Translations under genes and position numbers: made by a program
Part shown: positions 42,502 to 55,662 of the stretch, piece by piece
Position numbering within the stretch: the stretch's first letter is position 1
Layout of the letters: each line of letters begins with the position of its first letter
Notes under the pieces: model-generated
Told to the model about the DNA's origin: nothing
Database searches by the model: none
What the model saw: only the letters and a program-made list of their open reading frames with translations
From: Eledone cirrhosa
Lineage: Eukaryota
NCBI GenBank assembly: GCA_964016885.1
Contig: OZ024762.1
Location: forward strand, 10,044,001 to 10,108,000
Direction of reading: 5' to 3'
DNA length: 64,000 nt

Positions 42502-42761
42502 CATTTAACGTCCATCTTCCACGCTACCATGGTGTTAGAATAATAATAATAATAATAATAACAATAATAATAATAATAATAATGGTTTCTGATTTAGGCA
42601 CAAGGCTAGCAATTAATTAACCAGTGCATTACTGGTACCTTATTTTGAATGCAAAGCAAAGCCAACCTTGGTGGGATTTGAACTTAAAACATAAAGGGAT
42701 GTAACTATATGTTGCAAAGCATGGTGTCTGATGCTCGAATGATACTGCCAATCCACCGCCC

Positions 42762-42810
<49 letters not shown>

Positions 42811-43094
42811 TGTTGTTTCTACTTTTGGCACAAGGCCAGCAATTACCCCAGTGGAGATCAGAGAGTCACCCTAGGTAGAGCCGCGACTTCTCCGAATTGA
42901 GAGATCACAGCTCTGATACTCCGGGCGCGTGGTTAGAATGTCTCAGGAAAGATTTTACGGGCAAAAACCAACCGGCAGGAAACCAGGGGTAAACCCCAAG
43001 CAATATGGTGGGATAACATCCATGACCTTAGCTGGTTTCACTTGGGGATCCAACCGGATCAGTTGGAGGCGGTTGTTTCTGACAGGACCCGCTC

Positions 43095-44448
43095 GAAGGA
43101 GTGTTTGAGGACTCTGGCCCCAAGACCCTCACAGGAATAAGTGGGTGAAGGAGTGTTTGAGGACTCTGGCCCCAAGACCCTCACAGGAATAAGTGGGTGA
43201 AGGAGTGTTTGAGGACTCTGGCCCCACGACCCTCACAGGAATAAGTGGGTGAAGGAGTGTTTGAGGACTCTGGCCCCACGACCCTCACAGGAATAAGTGG
43301 GTGAAGGAGTGTTTGAGGACTCTGGCCCCACGACCCTCACAGGAATAAGTGGGTGAAGGAGTGTTTGAGGACTCTGGCCCCACGACCCTCACAGGAATAA
43401 GTGGGTGAAGGAGTGTTTGAGGACTCTGGCCCCACGACCCTCACAGGAATAAGTGGGTGAAGGAGTGTTTGAGGACTCTGGCCCCAAGACCCTCCCAGGA
43501 ATAAGTGGGTGAAGGAGTGTTTGAGGACTCTGGCCCCAAGACCCTCCCAGGAATAAGTGGGTGAAGGAGTGTTTGAGGACTCTGGCCCCACGACCCTCTC
43601 AGGAATAAGTGGGTGAAGGAGTGTTTGAGGACTCTGGCCCCAAGACCCTCACAGGAATAAGTGGGTGAAGGAGTGTTTGAGGACTCTGGCCCCAAGACCC
43701 TCACAGGAATAAGTGGGTGAAGGAGTGTTTGAGGACTCTGGCCCCACGACCCTCTCAGGAATAAGTGGGTGAAGGAGTGTTTGAGGACTCTGGCCCCAAG
43801 ACCCTCATAGGAATAAGTGGGTGAAGGAGTGTTTGAGGACTCTGGCCCCACGACCCTCACAGGAATAAGTGGGTGGAAGAGTGTTTGAGGACTCTGGCCC
43901 CACGACCCTCACAGGAATAAGTGAGTGAAGGAGTGTTTGAGGACTCTGGCCCCACGACCCTCACAGAAATAAGTGAGTGAAGGAGTGTTTGAGGACTCTG
44001 GCCCCACGACCCTCACAGGAATAAGTGAGTGAAGGAGTGTTTGAGGACTCTGGCCCCACGACCCTCACAGGAATAAGTGGGTGGAAGAGTGTTTGAGGAC
44101 TCTGGCCCCACGACCCTCACAGGAATAAGTGAGTGAAGGAGTGTTTGAGGACTCTGGCCCCACGACCCTCACAGGAATAAGTGAGTGAAGGAGTGTTTGA
44201 GGACTCTGGCCCCACGACCCTCACAGGAATAAGTGAGTGAAGGAGTGTTTGAGGACTCTGGCCCCACGACCCTCACAGGAATAAGTGGGTGGAAGAGTGT
44301 TTGAGGACTCTGGCCCCAAGACCCTCTCAGGAATAAGTGGGTGAAGGAGTGTTTGAGGACTCTGGCCCCAAGACCCTCACAGGAATAAGTGGGTGGAAGA
44401 GTGTTTGAGGACTCTGGCCCCACGACCCTCTCAGGAATAAGTGGGTGA
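43095..44448. repeat. 52-bp minisatellite, about 26 copies
   Basis: Unit gaaggagtgtttgaggactctggccccacgaccctcacaggaataagtgggt. Confidence 0.97.
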
Positions 44449-44449
44449 A

Positions 44450-45066
44450 AAAGAATAGAAGACAAGCAGATTGTTCTGGAAGTGTTGTAACTAAAATAAG
44501 AACAAGATGGAAAAAAGCCCAGGGTCTACAGACTCTGTTGTCAATGAAAGGTTTCTCCATATGAACGAAAGGCTGGCTGTATGATGTCTGCAAGCAAAGT
44601 GTGCTGTTGCAGGGAAGTGTAACATAGTCAGAAATTTAGAGGATATGCAGAGCTTGGAGAGAAATGAAACGAGCAAGCTTCAATGAATGTGTGCTGTTGA
44701 TATGCATGAAGGGCAAAGCATAGATGGGCTGAGAGAAAAGCTGGGTATAAGAGGAATCAAATGTGGTGGTGTGCAAGGAAGAGGACTGCACTGGTATGGA
44801 CATGCAATGCATGAGGGTGATAATTGTTGGCTGATTAAGTACCACGTGTTCCAAGTGGAAGGAAGCTGCAGTAGAGGAAGACCTGGGTAGAAGTGGTGAG
44901 AGCAGATTATAAAATACTGAACCTTACAGAAGAGATGATGAAGGAACGCGATGGGTGGAGAGAAGCCATGCTGGGAACACCCCACACCTCCCATCCTGTC
45001 ACACTCATGCATACTTGAACCCCCACCACCGCCTCGCTGTTAAAGGATGATATGATGATGATGATG
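44450..45066 (+). mobile_element. Decayed RTE LINE 3' end with (TGA)n tail
   Basis: LREKLGIRGIKC..GLHWYGH..RGRP motifs. Confidence 0.8.
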
Positions 45067-45686
45067 ATATACATATGATTTTTTTTTATTTCATGATTTA
45101 TCAGACATGGTCTCATTGACTCTGTGAGTATGTGTGTGTGTGTGTGTATGTGGGGGGGGGGGTTGTATGTATGTGTGTGTGTTTGAATGTGTGTGTGGGG
45201 GGGTTGTATGTATGTGTGTGTGCGCGTTTATGTATGTATTGTAATTATGTATAAATTTAATGATTAAGTGTGTGTGCGTGTGGGTTTGTATGTGTGTGTG
45301 TGTGTGTGTGTGTTTGAATGTGTGTGTAGGTGGGGGGCATGTGTGTGTGTGGGGGGGGGGGGGTTGTATGTGTGTGTGTGTGTGTGTGTGTGCGCGTTTA
45401 TGTATGTATTGTAATTATGTATAAATTTAATGATTAAGTGTGTGTGTGTGGGGGTTTGTATGTGTGTGTGTGTGTGGGGGGGGGCTTTGTATCTGTGTGT
45501 GTCTGTATGTATGCGTTTATGTATGTGTGTAATTATGTATAAATTTAATGATTTAGTGTGTGTGTGTGAGTGTGTGTTTATGTATGTGTGGCTTTGTGTA
45601 TGTGTGTGGGGGGTGGGTGTAATACTACTATCTATCTATATATATATATATATATATATATATAGGTGTGTGATACTACTATATAC

Positions 45687-45739
<53 letters not shown>

Positions 45740-45887
45740 ATACTACTATCTATCTAGAAATATATATATATATATACATATATATATGTGTGTGTGTGTG
45801 ATACTACTATATATATATCTAGAAATATATATATATATATACATATATATATGTGTGTGTGTGTGATACTACTATATATATATCTAG

Positions 45888-45964
<77 letters not shown>

Positions 45965-46080
45965 ATACTACTATATATATATCTAGAAATATATATATAT
46001 ATATATGTGTGTGTGTGATACTACTATCTATCTATCTAGAAATATATATATATACATATATGTGTGTGTGTGTGTGATAC

Positions 46081-46129
<49 letters not shown>

Positions 46130-46189
46130 TCCAGGAAAAACTTGAACCGTTTTAAGGGATGCAGTGTCTCAACAGCTAACAACTGATGC

Positions 46190-46700
46190 ACACACTAACA
46201 CACACACACTACCACCACACACTAACACACACACACTACCACCACACACTAACACACACTCACTAACAACACACACTAACAACACACACTAACACACACA
46301 CACACTACCACCACACACTAACACACACTCACTAACACACACTCACTAACAACACACACTAACACACACACACACTACCACCACACGCTAACACACACAC
46401 ACTACCACCACACACTAACACACACTCACTAACAACACACACTAACAACACACACACTAACACACACACACACTACCACCACACACTAACACCACACACT
46501 AACACACACTCACTAACAACACACACTAACACACACACACACTACCACCACACACTAACACACACTCACTCACAACACACACTAACAACACACACTAACA
46601 CACACACACACTACCACCACACACTAACACCACACACTAACACACACTCACTAACAACACACACACACACACTACCACCACACACCTCCACCACACACAA
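46190..46700. repeat. CA-rich compound satellite (acactaac/actaccacc units)
   Basis: Directly visible. Confidence 0.9.
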
Positions 46701-46822
46701 CTGACATTTACATCAAGTAAGAAGTTGGTATAGTGTAGAATTGGAACAAGATATATTAATTAAGTTAAAATAGGGCACGTTATAACTACTTTGGTCTTAT
46801 TATACATGTCAGACTGGGTGTG

Positions 46823-46857
<35 letters not shown>

Positions 46858-46858
46858 A

Positions 46859-46897
<39 letters not shown>

Positions 46898-47034
46898 GGG
46901 GGGGGGGGTTGTATGTATGTGTGTGTGCGCGTTTATGTATGTATTGTAATTATGTATAAATAGATATATATATATGTATATATATATGTATATATATATA
47001 TATGTATATATATATATGTATATATATATATATG

Positions 47035-47227
<193 letters not shown>

Positions 47228-47905
47228 GTATATATATATATATCTATATATATGTATATATGTATATATATATATATATATATATAACAACTGATTATAT
47301 ATATATAAAAAATGATTTAGATTAAATTCATTTGGATTCATCTTAATTTTGGATATATATATATATATATATGTGTGTGTATGTGTATATATATATGTAT
47401 ATATCTATATCTATATATATGTATATATATATATGTATTTTGAACTGGTAATGAATCCTTTATATAAATGTTATAGCCTGTGCGTGGAGAAATAATATAA
47501 GCATTAAAAAGCGTTTCTCCACGCACAGGCTATAACATTCATATAAAGGATTCATTACCAGTTCAACCCCCTTAACACTCTTGATCACCCGTTTAAGTGC
47601 TTCTATTACATGTAACACTCTGCCACACTATAGCATTATATAAACAAGACACACGTGCTTGCCGCACGTGTAACTATTGCACTCAATAACTGCTTATGAC
47701 TATCCTATCGCATTAATTTCATGTTGTATTTAAACCTGAATTTTTGATTTTGTCCTCTTCTAATATGAATGTAATCTCTAAATGTATACTGCCACGCTAA
47801 ATGCTATAATGGATGTCGACCCACCAAGCAACAATGTTTGCATATGTATCTGTATGTCTCTTGGGTTGAAAAGGAGGTCATATATGTTATCATCCATTAA
47901 TAAAT

Positions 47906-47952
47906 TGCTCCGAAGAATCCAAACCTCGGTTTGGAGGAAACAATTGTAAGCA
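47906..47952 (+). ncRNA. Hammerhead motif (family G) with CCGAAGA core
   Basis: TGCT-CCGAAGA-aTCCAAAC ctcg GTTTGGAg-GAAA-CAATTG-TA-AGCA. Confidence 0.65.
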
Positions 47953-48500
47953 TATAAATGTTTTGAACAGAACTCTGATTCTTATAACTTATATATAACT
48001 GCTCTGTAAAACATCTGATGTTATTACATTGAGCTATTTAACTTACTGGTAATAAGGTAGTAATATCTTACTGGTAATAGGGTAGTAATATATTACTGCC
48101 TATCACTATTTAGGGTTTGTAAAAATATATATAACTACAAAAGGTTTTTGTATTTGCATAACCATAAATAGTATCCTTAATACTATATATATATATACAC
48201 ATATATATACACGTCTATGTACACATACACAGTATTAAAAGACTGGAGGCCATATTCAGTTGATTCAGGTTTATTTAAAACTCCATTATACATATTCCAC
48301 TGAGGACTAAGGACTATCAGTTAAGATAGACTGAGCTCTTCTGACGGCAAAACCTATAAAAACTTGAAAACATCGTAAGTTGCTAAGGAACCTTCCAGGT
48401 CGCACCATTTATACAGGTCGTTAAGTGCTTCTTTCAATCTGCTTCACAACCGACAGACCATAATGTAGTCTGCACATCCGTTTGGTTAGCCCCATACTCA

Positions 48501-48558
<58 letters not shown>

Positions 48559-48751
48559 AAGGAACAAGTATGACTCCGACGCCAGAGCTCAAGCCGTTTC
48601 GACGGCTATTTCTGGACTAAAAGTAGTCCAGAAATAGCCGTCGAAATGGCTTGAGCTCTGGCGTCGGGGTCATACTTGTTCCTACTAAGTATTGAGTACT
48701 TTGGTGCGTTATGGTCCATCTGGTTCCTTACCACAATTCCTTCGTTATATA

Positions 48752-48819
<68 letters not shown>

Positions 48820-48958
48820 ATCATCATCATCATTTAACATCCACTTTCTATGCTAGCATGAGTTAGACTGCTAGCACACACATATATATACATATATATA
48901 TATATATATTATAAAATAACAGGAGGTTGGACTGGTGTAATTCCTTAAAAGGTTTATT

Positions 48959-49016
48959 ATACTATGATCATTTCAATGACCGGGTTCAGTATGAATCCGG
49001 TGTCATCATCAGGTAT
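48959..49016 (-). ncRNA. Hammerhead motif (family E)
   Basis: Near-identical to 6958-7015 in the opposite orientation. Confidence 0.75.
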
Positions 49017-49113
49017 TCAAAATATAACAAAGGAATATAATAGACAAAATCCATGATTGTTTTGTTTTTTTGAAGTTTGTGTTACATATAGTTAGTTAGG
49101 TCATTGGTATTAC

Positions 49114-49151
<38 letters not shown>

Positions 49152-49653
49152 ATGCCTGGTTGACTGACAAGCTGAACTACTTAATTCAATGTAATTTACA
49201 GCCTGGTTGATTTGGTGTAAACTGGTTGTTAACATTATTTGTGGATGTTGAAGATAGACATACTTCTATCAACCCCTAACCCCTCTAGTCGTGTCAACCT
49301 ATGTCATGGAATATGCTTCACTAAGGAGCTCTAATAGGATTGAAACATGTCTATTGCTTTCCCCAGTTATACCAATCTCTACTCATGTCAGCCTACTTCT
49401 ATCAATCCTAGTTTAGCCAACTTACTTCATGGTACATACTTCACTGAATCGACCCCAGTACGAGACTGCTACTTTTTTTAACGACCACGAAAGGATGAAA
49501 GGCAAAGTTAATCTCAACGGGATTTGAACTCAGAGAGCAGAGAACCAGAATAAATACCGCAAAGCATTCTATTCGACGTTCTAACGATTCTCGATTCCAC
49601 ATTTTTATATATCGTGTTAAAATGCCAATAGCTTATTGGAGTTATCTCCCCTG

Positions 49654-49745
<92 letters not shown>

Positions 49746-50454
49746 AATGAAAAGATTCACAACCCCGACGGCTGAGCTCCGGCCGTTTCGACAGCTAGAT
49801 CCGAACAGTGTGGTATGGGTTGAAGAATACTTCACTACGAAAATAGGACCTAAAGAACAAAGAATGTGGGGGTAAAATACCAGTTGGACTATAATCCACC
49901 AGAGTACTTGATACTTGGGGTAGTAGAGTGGGTAATATGAAAAAAATAAAGATCCAGGACCCCGACGGCTGAGCTCCGGTCATTTCAAAAGCATAAGGAC
50001 AGCAAACTAAGGGGAGAGGGGTAAAATTGCTACATCAACCCTAGTATTTGACCAATACTTTATTTTATGGGAAAATAAAGTAGAGCTCTTCGGGATTTTA
50101 ACTCAGTATGTAAAGAGCCAGAATAAACACTGTAATGACATTTCTGTATCCGCCACTCTACTAATTCTGTCAGTTTATCACTGTCGTAATATATCACTGT
50201 TTGTATTACATGTAATAGGCTGAGCAGCTAGTTGTTGGCCAATGATAATGGCGAGATGACGTATTCACTACATACTGTAAAATAAACAATGTATGTGTGT
50301 GTGTGCATATATATATATATATGAAGAAATACCAATGGCGGTTGGAAGATCACTGATGAAGGACTAATTTTATTCATATGTACTCCATTTGCAACAATGC
50401 AGCATGCCATTTTTCATATATATATATATATATATATAGTTTTAATATAGATGA

Positions 50455-50547
50455 GATTCTACAGGACTAGAACTGTTTCATTCTTTAGAAATCATCAGGA
50501 TTCCTGATGATTTCTAAAGAATGAAACAGTTCTAGTCCTGTAGAATC
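50455..50547. ncRNA. Two back-to-back family A hammerhead motifs (- at 50455-50503, + at 50499-50547) in a perfect palindrome
   Basis: GATTC-CTGATGA-tTTC taaa GAAt-GAAA-CAG ttctagtc CTG-TA-GAATC; palindrome 50439-50563 centred on ggaTtcc. Confidence 0.7.
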
Positions 50548-50627
50548 TCATCTATATTAAAACTTTTATACTCTGCAATGTATTGAGTACCTTACTTACT
50601 GTGGTTACCTCCGATTCAACCCGGAAT

Positions 50628-50668
<41 letters not shown>

Positions 50669-50700
50669 AGATCAAAAGATGGTTAAAAGAGTTCCATGTA

Positions 50701-50767
50701 TTTTATTATGCGCATTTCAAAAGCAAATATCATCATGCAATAACATTTGTGTTTTCATCAGATAAAA
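50701..50767 (-). ncRNA. Hammerhead motif (family C)
   Basis: TTTTAT-CTGATGA-aaacaCAAATGTTAT..ATGATATTTGctttt-GAAA-TGCGCA-TA-ATAAAA. Confidence 0.75.
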
Positions 50768-50776
50768 CTCACCTCC

Positions 50777-50815
<39 letters not shown>

Positions 50816-50816
<1 letters not shown>

Positions 50817-53480
50817 CCTTCCCTAGTGAGGAATGTACATCCCAACATAGCTTAGTTGTCAGCGACCTCACGGTCAGAACTAGACGAGCCCTGAAACAGA
50901 GGCCAACCTGGAGAAGAAAGATCTGGAAGCTGAAAGTCCCCTCAACCAGTAACAGATTTAAAGATATTTTACTCAACGCCTACGACAGTAAAGAAGAACA
51001 GATAGAGACATTTAACGTAGAAGAGAACTGGGAGTTCCTAAAAAATAACTTACTAGAGGCGACGGATGAGGTTTGTGGCTGGAGTAAGACCTCAAGCAGG
51101 AGGAGAGTGACTTGGTGGTGGAACAATAAGGTAGATGAAGCAGTCAAGGCCAAGAGACAGGCATGGAAAGAATGGAAGAACGGGGGGAGCAGGGTACATT
51201 ACATAGAGACCAAGAGGGAAGCTAGGCGACAAGTATACTTAGCTAGGAGGGAAGCAGAGGATAGAAAATTCAAGCATGTTTTACAACGTGAGGACCAGAA
51301 ACAGGAGGTATTCAAGATTGCGAGGCAGTGTGTCAGAGATAGTTGTGATGTCATTGGAGAGAAGTGTATCCGGAATGATAAAGGTGAGCTTGCCCTCACA
51401 AGTGCTGAGAAGAAAGATGCATGGAAGAGTCATTATGATAGATTACTAAATGAGGAGAATGCATGGGAAGAAGAGACCCTACCCCACGTAGACCCTATAG
51501 AGGGACCAGCAGTACAAGTCAGCGGCAGCGTAGTAAGTAAGGCAATCAGAGATATGAAGATAGGGAAGGCAACCGGTCCATCGGGTATAGCTGCCGAGAT
51601 GCTGAAGGCATCTGGGTCTGTAGGTCACACTATAACCACACGTATCGTTAACCAGGTAATACTAGAGGGGGCCATACCAAAAGATTGGTGCAGTAGCATC
51701 ATTGTCAACTGCTACAAAGGTAAAGGCGATGCACTAGATAGAGGAAACTATAGAGGTATAAAGTTGATGGACCAGGTCATGAAAGTAACAGAAAGAGTTA
51801 TAGCACAGCTGATTAGGGACCGGGTGAATATAGACGAGATGCAATTTGGGTTTGTACCAGGGAAAGGCACCACTGATGCCCTCTTCCTTGTGAGGCAATT
51901 ACAGGAAAAGTACCTAGCTAAAAGTAAGCCACTCTACTTGGCATTTGTCGACCTTGAGAAAGCCTTTGACAGAGTTCCACGTGCAGTAATCTGGTGGGCT
52001 CTTAGAAAACTAGGAGTAGATGAATGGCTTGTGAAAGCGGTACAAGCCATGTATAGGGGAGCAGTCAGCAAAGTTAGGATTGGCAATGAGTATAGCGAGG
52101 AATTTAGCGTACAGGTTGGGGTCCACCAGGGCTCTGTTCTTAGCCCTCTCCTGTTCATCATAGTCCTGCAGGCAATAACGGAGGAGTTTAAGACCGGATG
52201 CCCATGGGAACTCCTGTATGCTGATGACCTCACACTCATAGCTGAATCTATGGTAGAACTAGAGAATAAATTCCAAACCTGGAAGCAGGGACTAGAGAGA
52301 AAGGGCCTCAAAGTCAACATGACAAAGACTAAGGTCCTTATAAGTAGACGAGAAAACAGAACCCAGATCCCCTCAGGGAAATGGCCTTGCTCAGTATGTA
52401 GGAAAGGTGTAGGTAGGAACTCCATTCTCTGCCCCAAATGCAAACAATGGGTACACAAGAGATGTAGCGGGATCTCAGGAAGCTTAATTAAGAATGTAGG
52501 ATTCACATGCAGCAGCTGTGCTGAAACAGCAAGCAAACAGCCACAGGAAACAAGTACCACCAATCTCTGGGAGGGCCCTGTAGAAACAGTAGACAGCTTC
52601 TGCTACCTAAGTGACCGAATTAGCAACGGAGGTGGGTGCTCAGAAAGTACAATAACTAGGGTAAGAACGGGATGGAAGAAGTTTAGGGAACTACTACCAC
52701 TGCTAGCTGCAAAAGGCTTCTCCCTCAGAATGAAAGGCAGACTGTATGATGCGTGTATCCGAACAGCGATGTTGCATGGTAGTGAGACCTGGGCGCTGAA
52801 GGTCGAAGACTTACGTAGATTAGAGAGAAACGAAGCCTGCATGCTCCGATGGATGTGTAACAGTAATATACGTGAACGACAAAGCATAAAGGAATTGAGA
52901 GAGAGACTGAGCATAAGAGGAATCAAATGCTGCGTGCAGGAGAGGCAGTTACGCTGGTATGGACATGTGATGCGTATGAAGGATGACAGCTGCATAAAAA
53001 GGTGCAGAGCACTAGAAGTTGATGGAAACCGTGGAGTGGGGAGACCCAAGATGACTTGGGATGAGGTGATAAAAGCCGACCTTACCCAACTACACCTCTC
53101 AAAGTCAATGACACACGACCGTGACTTCTGGCGTCACGCAGTAATACAGGGTACCCGACCTCCCATGGGTACATGCTGAAGCATATAAACAATATGCCCC
53201 CCCCCCCCCCACCGCAAGGTGGTCGTGGAGGTGCCACGGCAAAAAAGCACCCAGCCCACACTGTAAAGTGGACGTGTAGGCGCCACGAAAAAGCACCCAG
53301 CACTCACTGTAAATGAGGTTGGTGTTAGGAAGGGCATCCAGCTGTAGAAATCAAGCCAGATCAGTTCCTGTATGAGCAAGGCATGGTCAGCCGACCAGAC
53401 ACTGCCCACAACAGGACAACCCGTCTAACCCATGCTAGCGTGGAAGAACGGACGTAAAACGGTGATGATGATGATGATGA
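50816..53480 (+). mobile_element. 5'-truncated RTE-type LINE: open frame 50816-53179 (end of APE endonuclease, RT, PHD-like finger), 3' UTR and (TGA)n tail, inserted in (TA)n
   Basis: SQHSLVV (APE end), QFGFVPGKGTTDA, AFVDLEKAFD, GVHQGSVLSPLLF, LYADD, LRWYGHV, GRPKMTW motifs; no stop codons in the frame. Confidence 0.95.
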
Positions 53481-53888
53481 TATATATATATGAAATTGAG
53501 ATGAGCTGAACAAGTAAATTTTAAACATTCTTTTAAAATAAATTAAAATACAATTTAAATATTCACCTATCCAAATTGCTTTTATCGACGGTTTCGCCTC
53601 ACAAAAGATTGGGAATTCAAAGGACTTCCAATGGAAAAATATTCTATTATATATATATATATATATATATACATACATATACACATATATATATATGCAT
53701 ATATATACATATATACATATACATACATACATATATATATACATATATATATACACATATACATATATATATACATATATCATCATTTCATCATCATCAT
53801 TTCATTTTACGTCCACTTTTTCCCTGCTTGCAAGGGTGGGACAGGAACTGATTCTGGCTTGATTTCTACAGCTGGATGCCCTTCCTAT

Positions 53889-53971
<83 letters not shown>

Positions 53972-54631
53972 GGAGGCACATGGCTTAGTGCAATCGAAAG
54001 GTTGTGAGTTCAAATCTCAGACCGGGTGATGTGTTGTTTCCTTGAGCAAGACACTTTATTTCATTTTACGTCCGCTTTTTCCCTGCTTGCAAGGGTGGGA
54101 TGGGAACTGATTCTGGCTTGATTTCTACAGCTGGATGCCCTTCCTAACACCAACCTCATTTACAGTGAGTGCTGGGTGCTTTTTTGCCGTGGCACCTCCA
54201 CGACAATTTTGCAGTGGAATGATAAGGACCCCAGTCCTATCATCTCATTTCTACAGCTGAGTAAACTGGAGCAATGTGAAATAAAGTGTCTTGCTCAAGG
54301 AAACAACACATCACCCGGTCTGAGATTTGAACTCACAACCTTTCGATTGCAAGGCCAATGTTCTAACCACTAAGCCATGCGCCTCCTATACATATATATA
54401 TATTACACAAAGAGAAGTGTGTTACAGAGTGAGATGTGTGTAAAGAATTATTACAAACTCACTTGTAATAATTCTTTACACACATCTCACTGTGTAACAC
54501 ACTTCTGTTTGTATAATATATTTATATTTGACCTCAGAAGAAAATTCTCTATTCCTCTTTGAGCTAATATTATTATTATTACAATTATTATTACTACTGT
54601 GAACTGCGGAATACTCTTAATTCCGATCCCC

Positions 54632-54686
<55 letters not shown>

Positions 54687-54988
54687 CAAGATGTATGGTA
54701 GGTCGTATGCGAATCGCGATGATCACGTCTGACCTACCAAATATGCGACGGTAGCTAGTTAAGCTCTATGCGTATAACCTTCAATCCCTGACTCTTAGGC
54801 CATTTTTAAAATTCTCTTAACTCCCCATAACCCATCCTTTTTACAAATCCGACAACTAATATAAAAGAGCCCCCTTAGAATATAGACCCCAAATATACAA
54901 GCGGAGATGCTGATGTATACCACAATTTCAAACTGCTAGGCTTAAGTGATACGTTGATGTAAATAATGAACTTACAGTCACATGTTAT

Positions 54989-55037
54989 ATGCCTTGAAAA
55001 GTCCCACCATATGGTCGGACGAAACGGCTGTCGGCAA
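54989..55037 (+). ncRNA. Hammerhead motif (family H) with U3-A8 core (UUGAAAA)
   Basis: TGCC-TTGAAAA-GTCCcACCA ta TGGTcGGAC-GAAA-Cggct-GTC-GGCA. Confidence 0.7.
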
Positions 55038-55108
55038 TAAACTTGTTATAATGTCCTAATAGTTCCTTTGTTCTTTTTCATTAATATATATATATATATA
55101 TATATATA

Positions 55109-55662
55109 CCATCATCATCATCACCGTTTTACGTCCGTTCTTCCACGCTAGCATGGGTTAGACAGGTTGTCCTGTTGTGGGCAATGTCTGGTCGGCTGAC
55201 CATGCCTTGCTCATACAAGAACTGATTTGGCTTGATATATTTCTACAGCTGGATGCCCTTCCTAACACCAACCTCATTTACAGTGAGTGCTGGGTGCTTT
55301 TTCGTGGTGCCTACACGTCCACTTTACAGTGTGGGCTGGGTGCTTTTTTGCCGTGGTACCTCTACGACCACCTTGCAGTGGGAGGGTGTGGGGGCATATT
55401 GTCTATATGCTTCAGCTTGTACCCATGGAAAGGTCGGGTACTCTGTATTACTGCGTGACGCCAGAGGTGACGGTCGTGTGTCATCGCCTTTGAGAGGTGT
55501 AATTGGGTAAGGTCGGCTTTTATCACCTCATCCCATGTCATCTTGGGTCTCCCCACTCCGCGGTTTCCATCGACTTCTAGTGCTCTGCACCTTTTTATGC
55601 AGCTGTCATCCTTCATACGCATCACATGTCCATACCAACGCAACCGCCTCTCCTGCACACAG
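55109..55662 (-). mobile_element. 3' fragment of the same RTE LINE family, inverted relative to 50816-53480
   Basis: ORF ..CVQERRLRWYGHVMRMKDDSC.. and 3' UTR nearly identical to 52930-53470. Confidence 0.95.

Noticed and set aside
36608-44448. 37-, 40- and 52-bp arrays as CRISPR arrays
   Set aside because: Head-to-tail units without unique spacers, no cas genes, and a eukaryotic intronic context.
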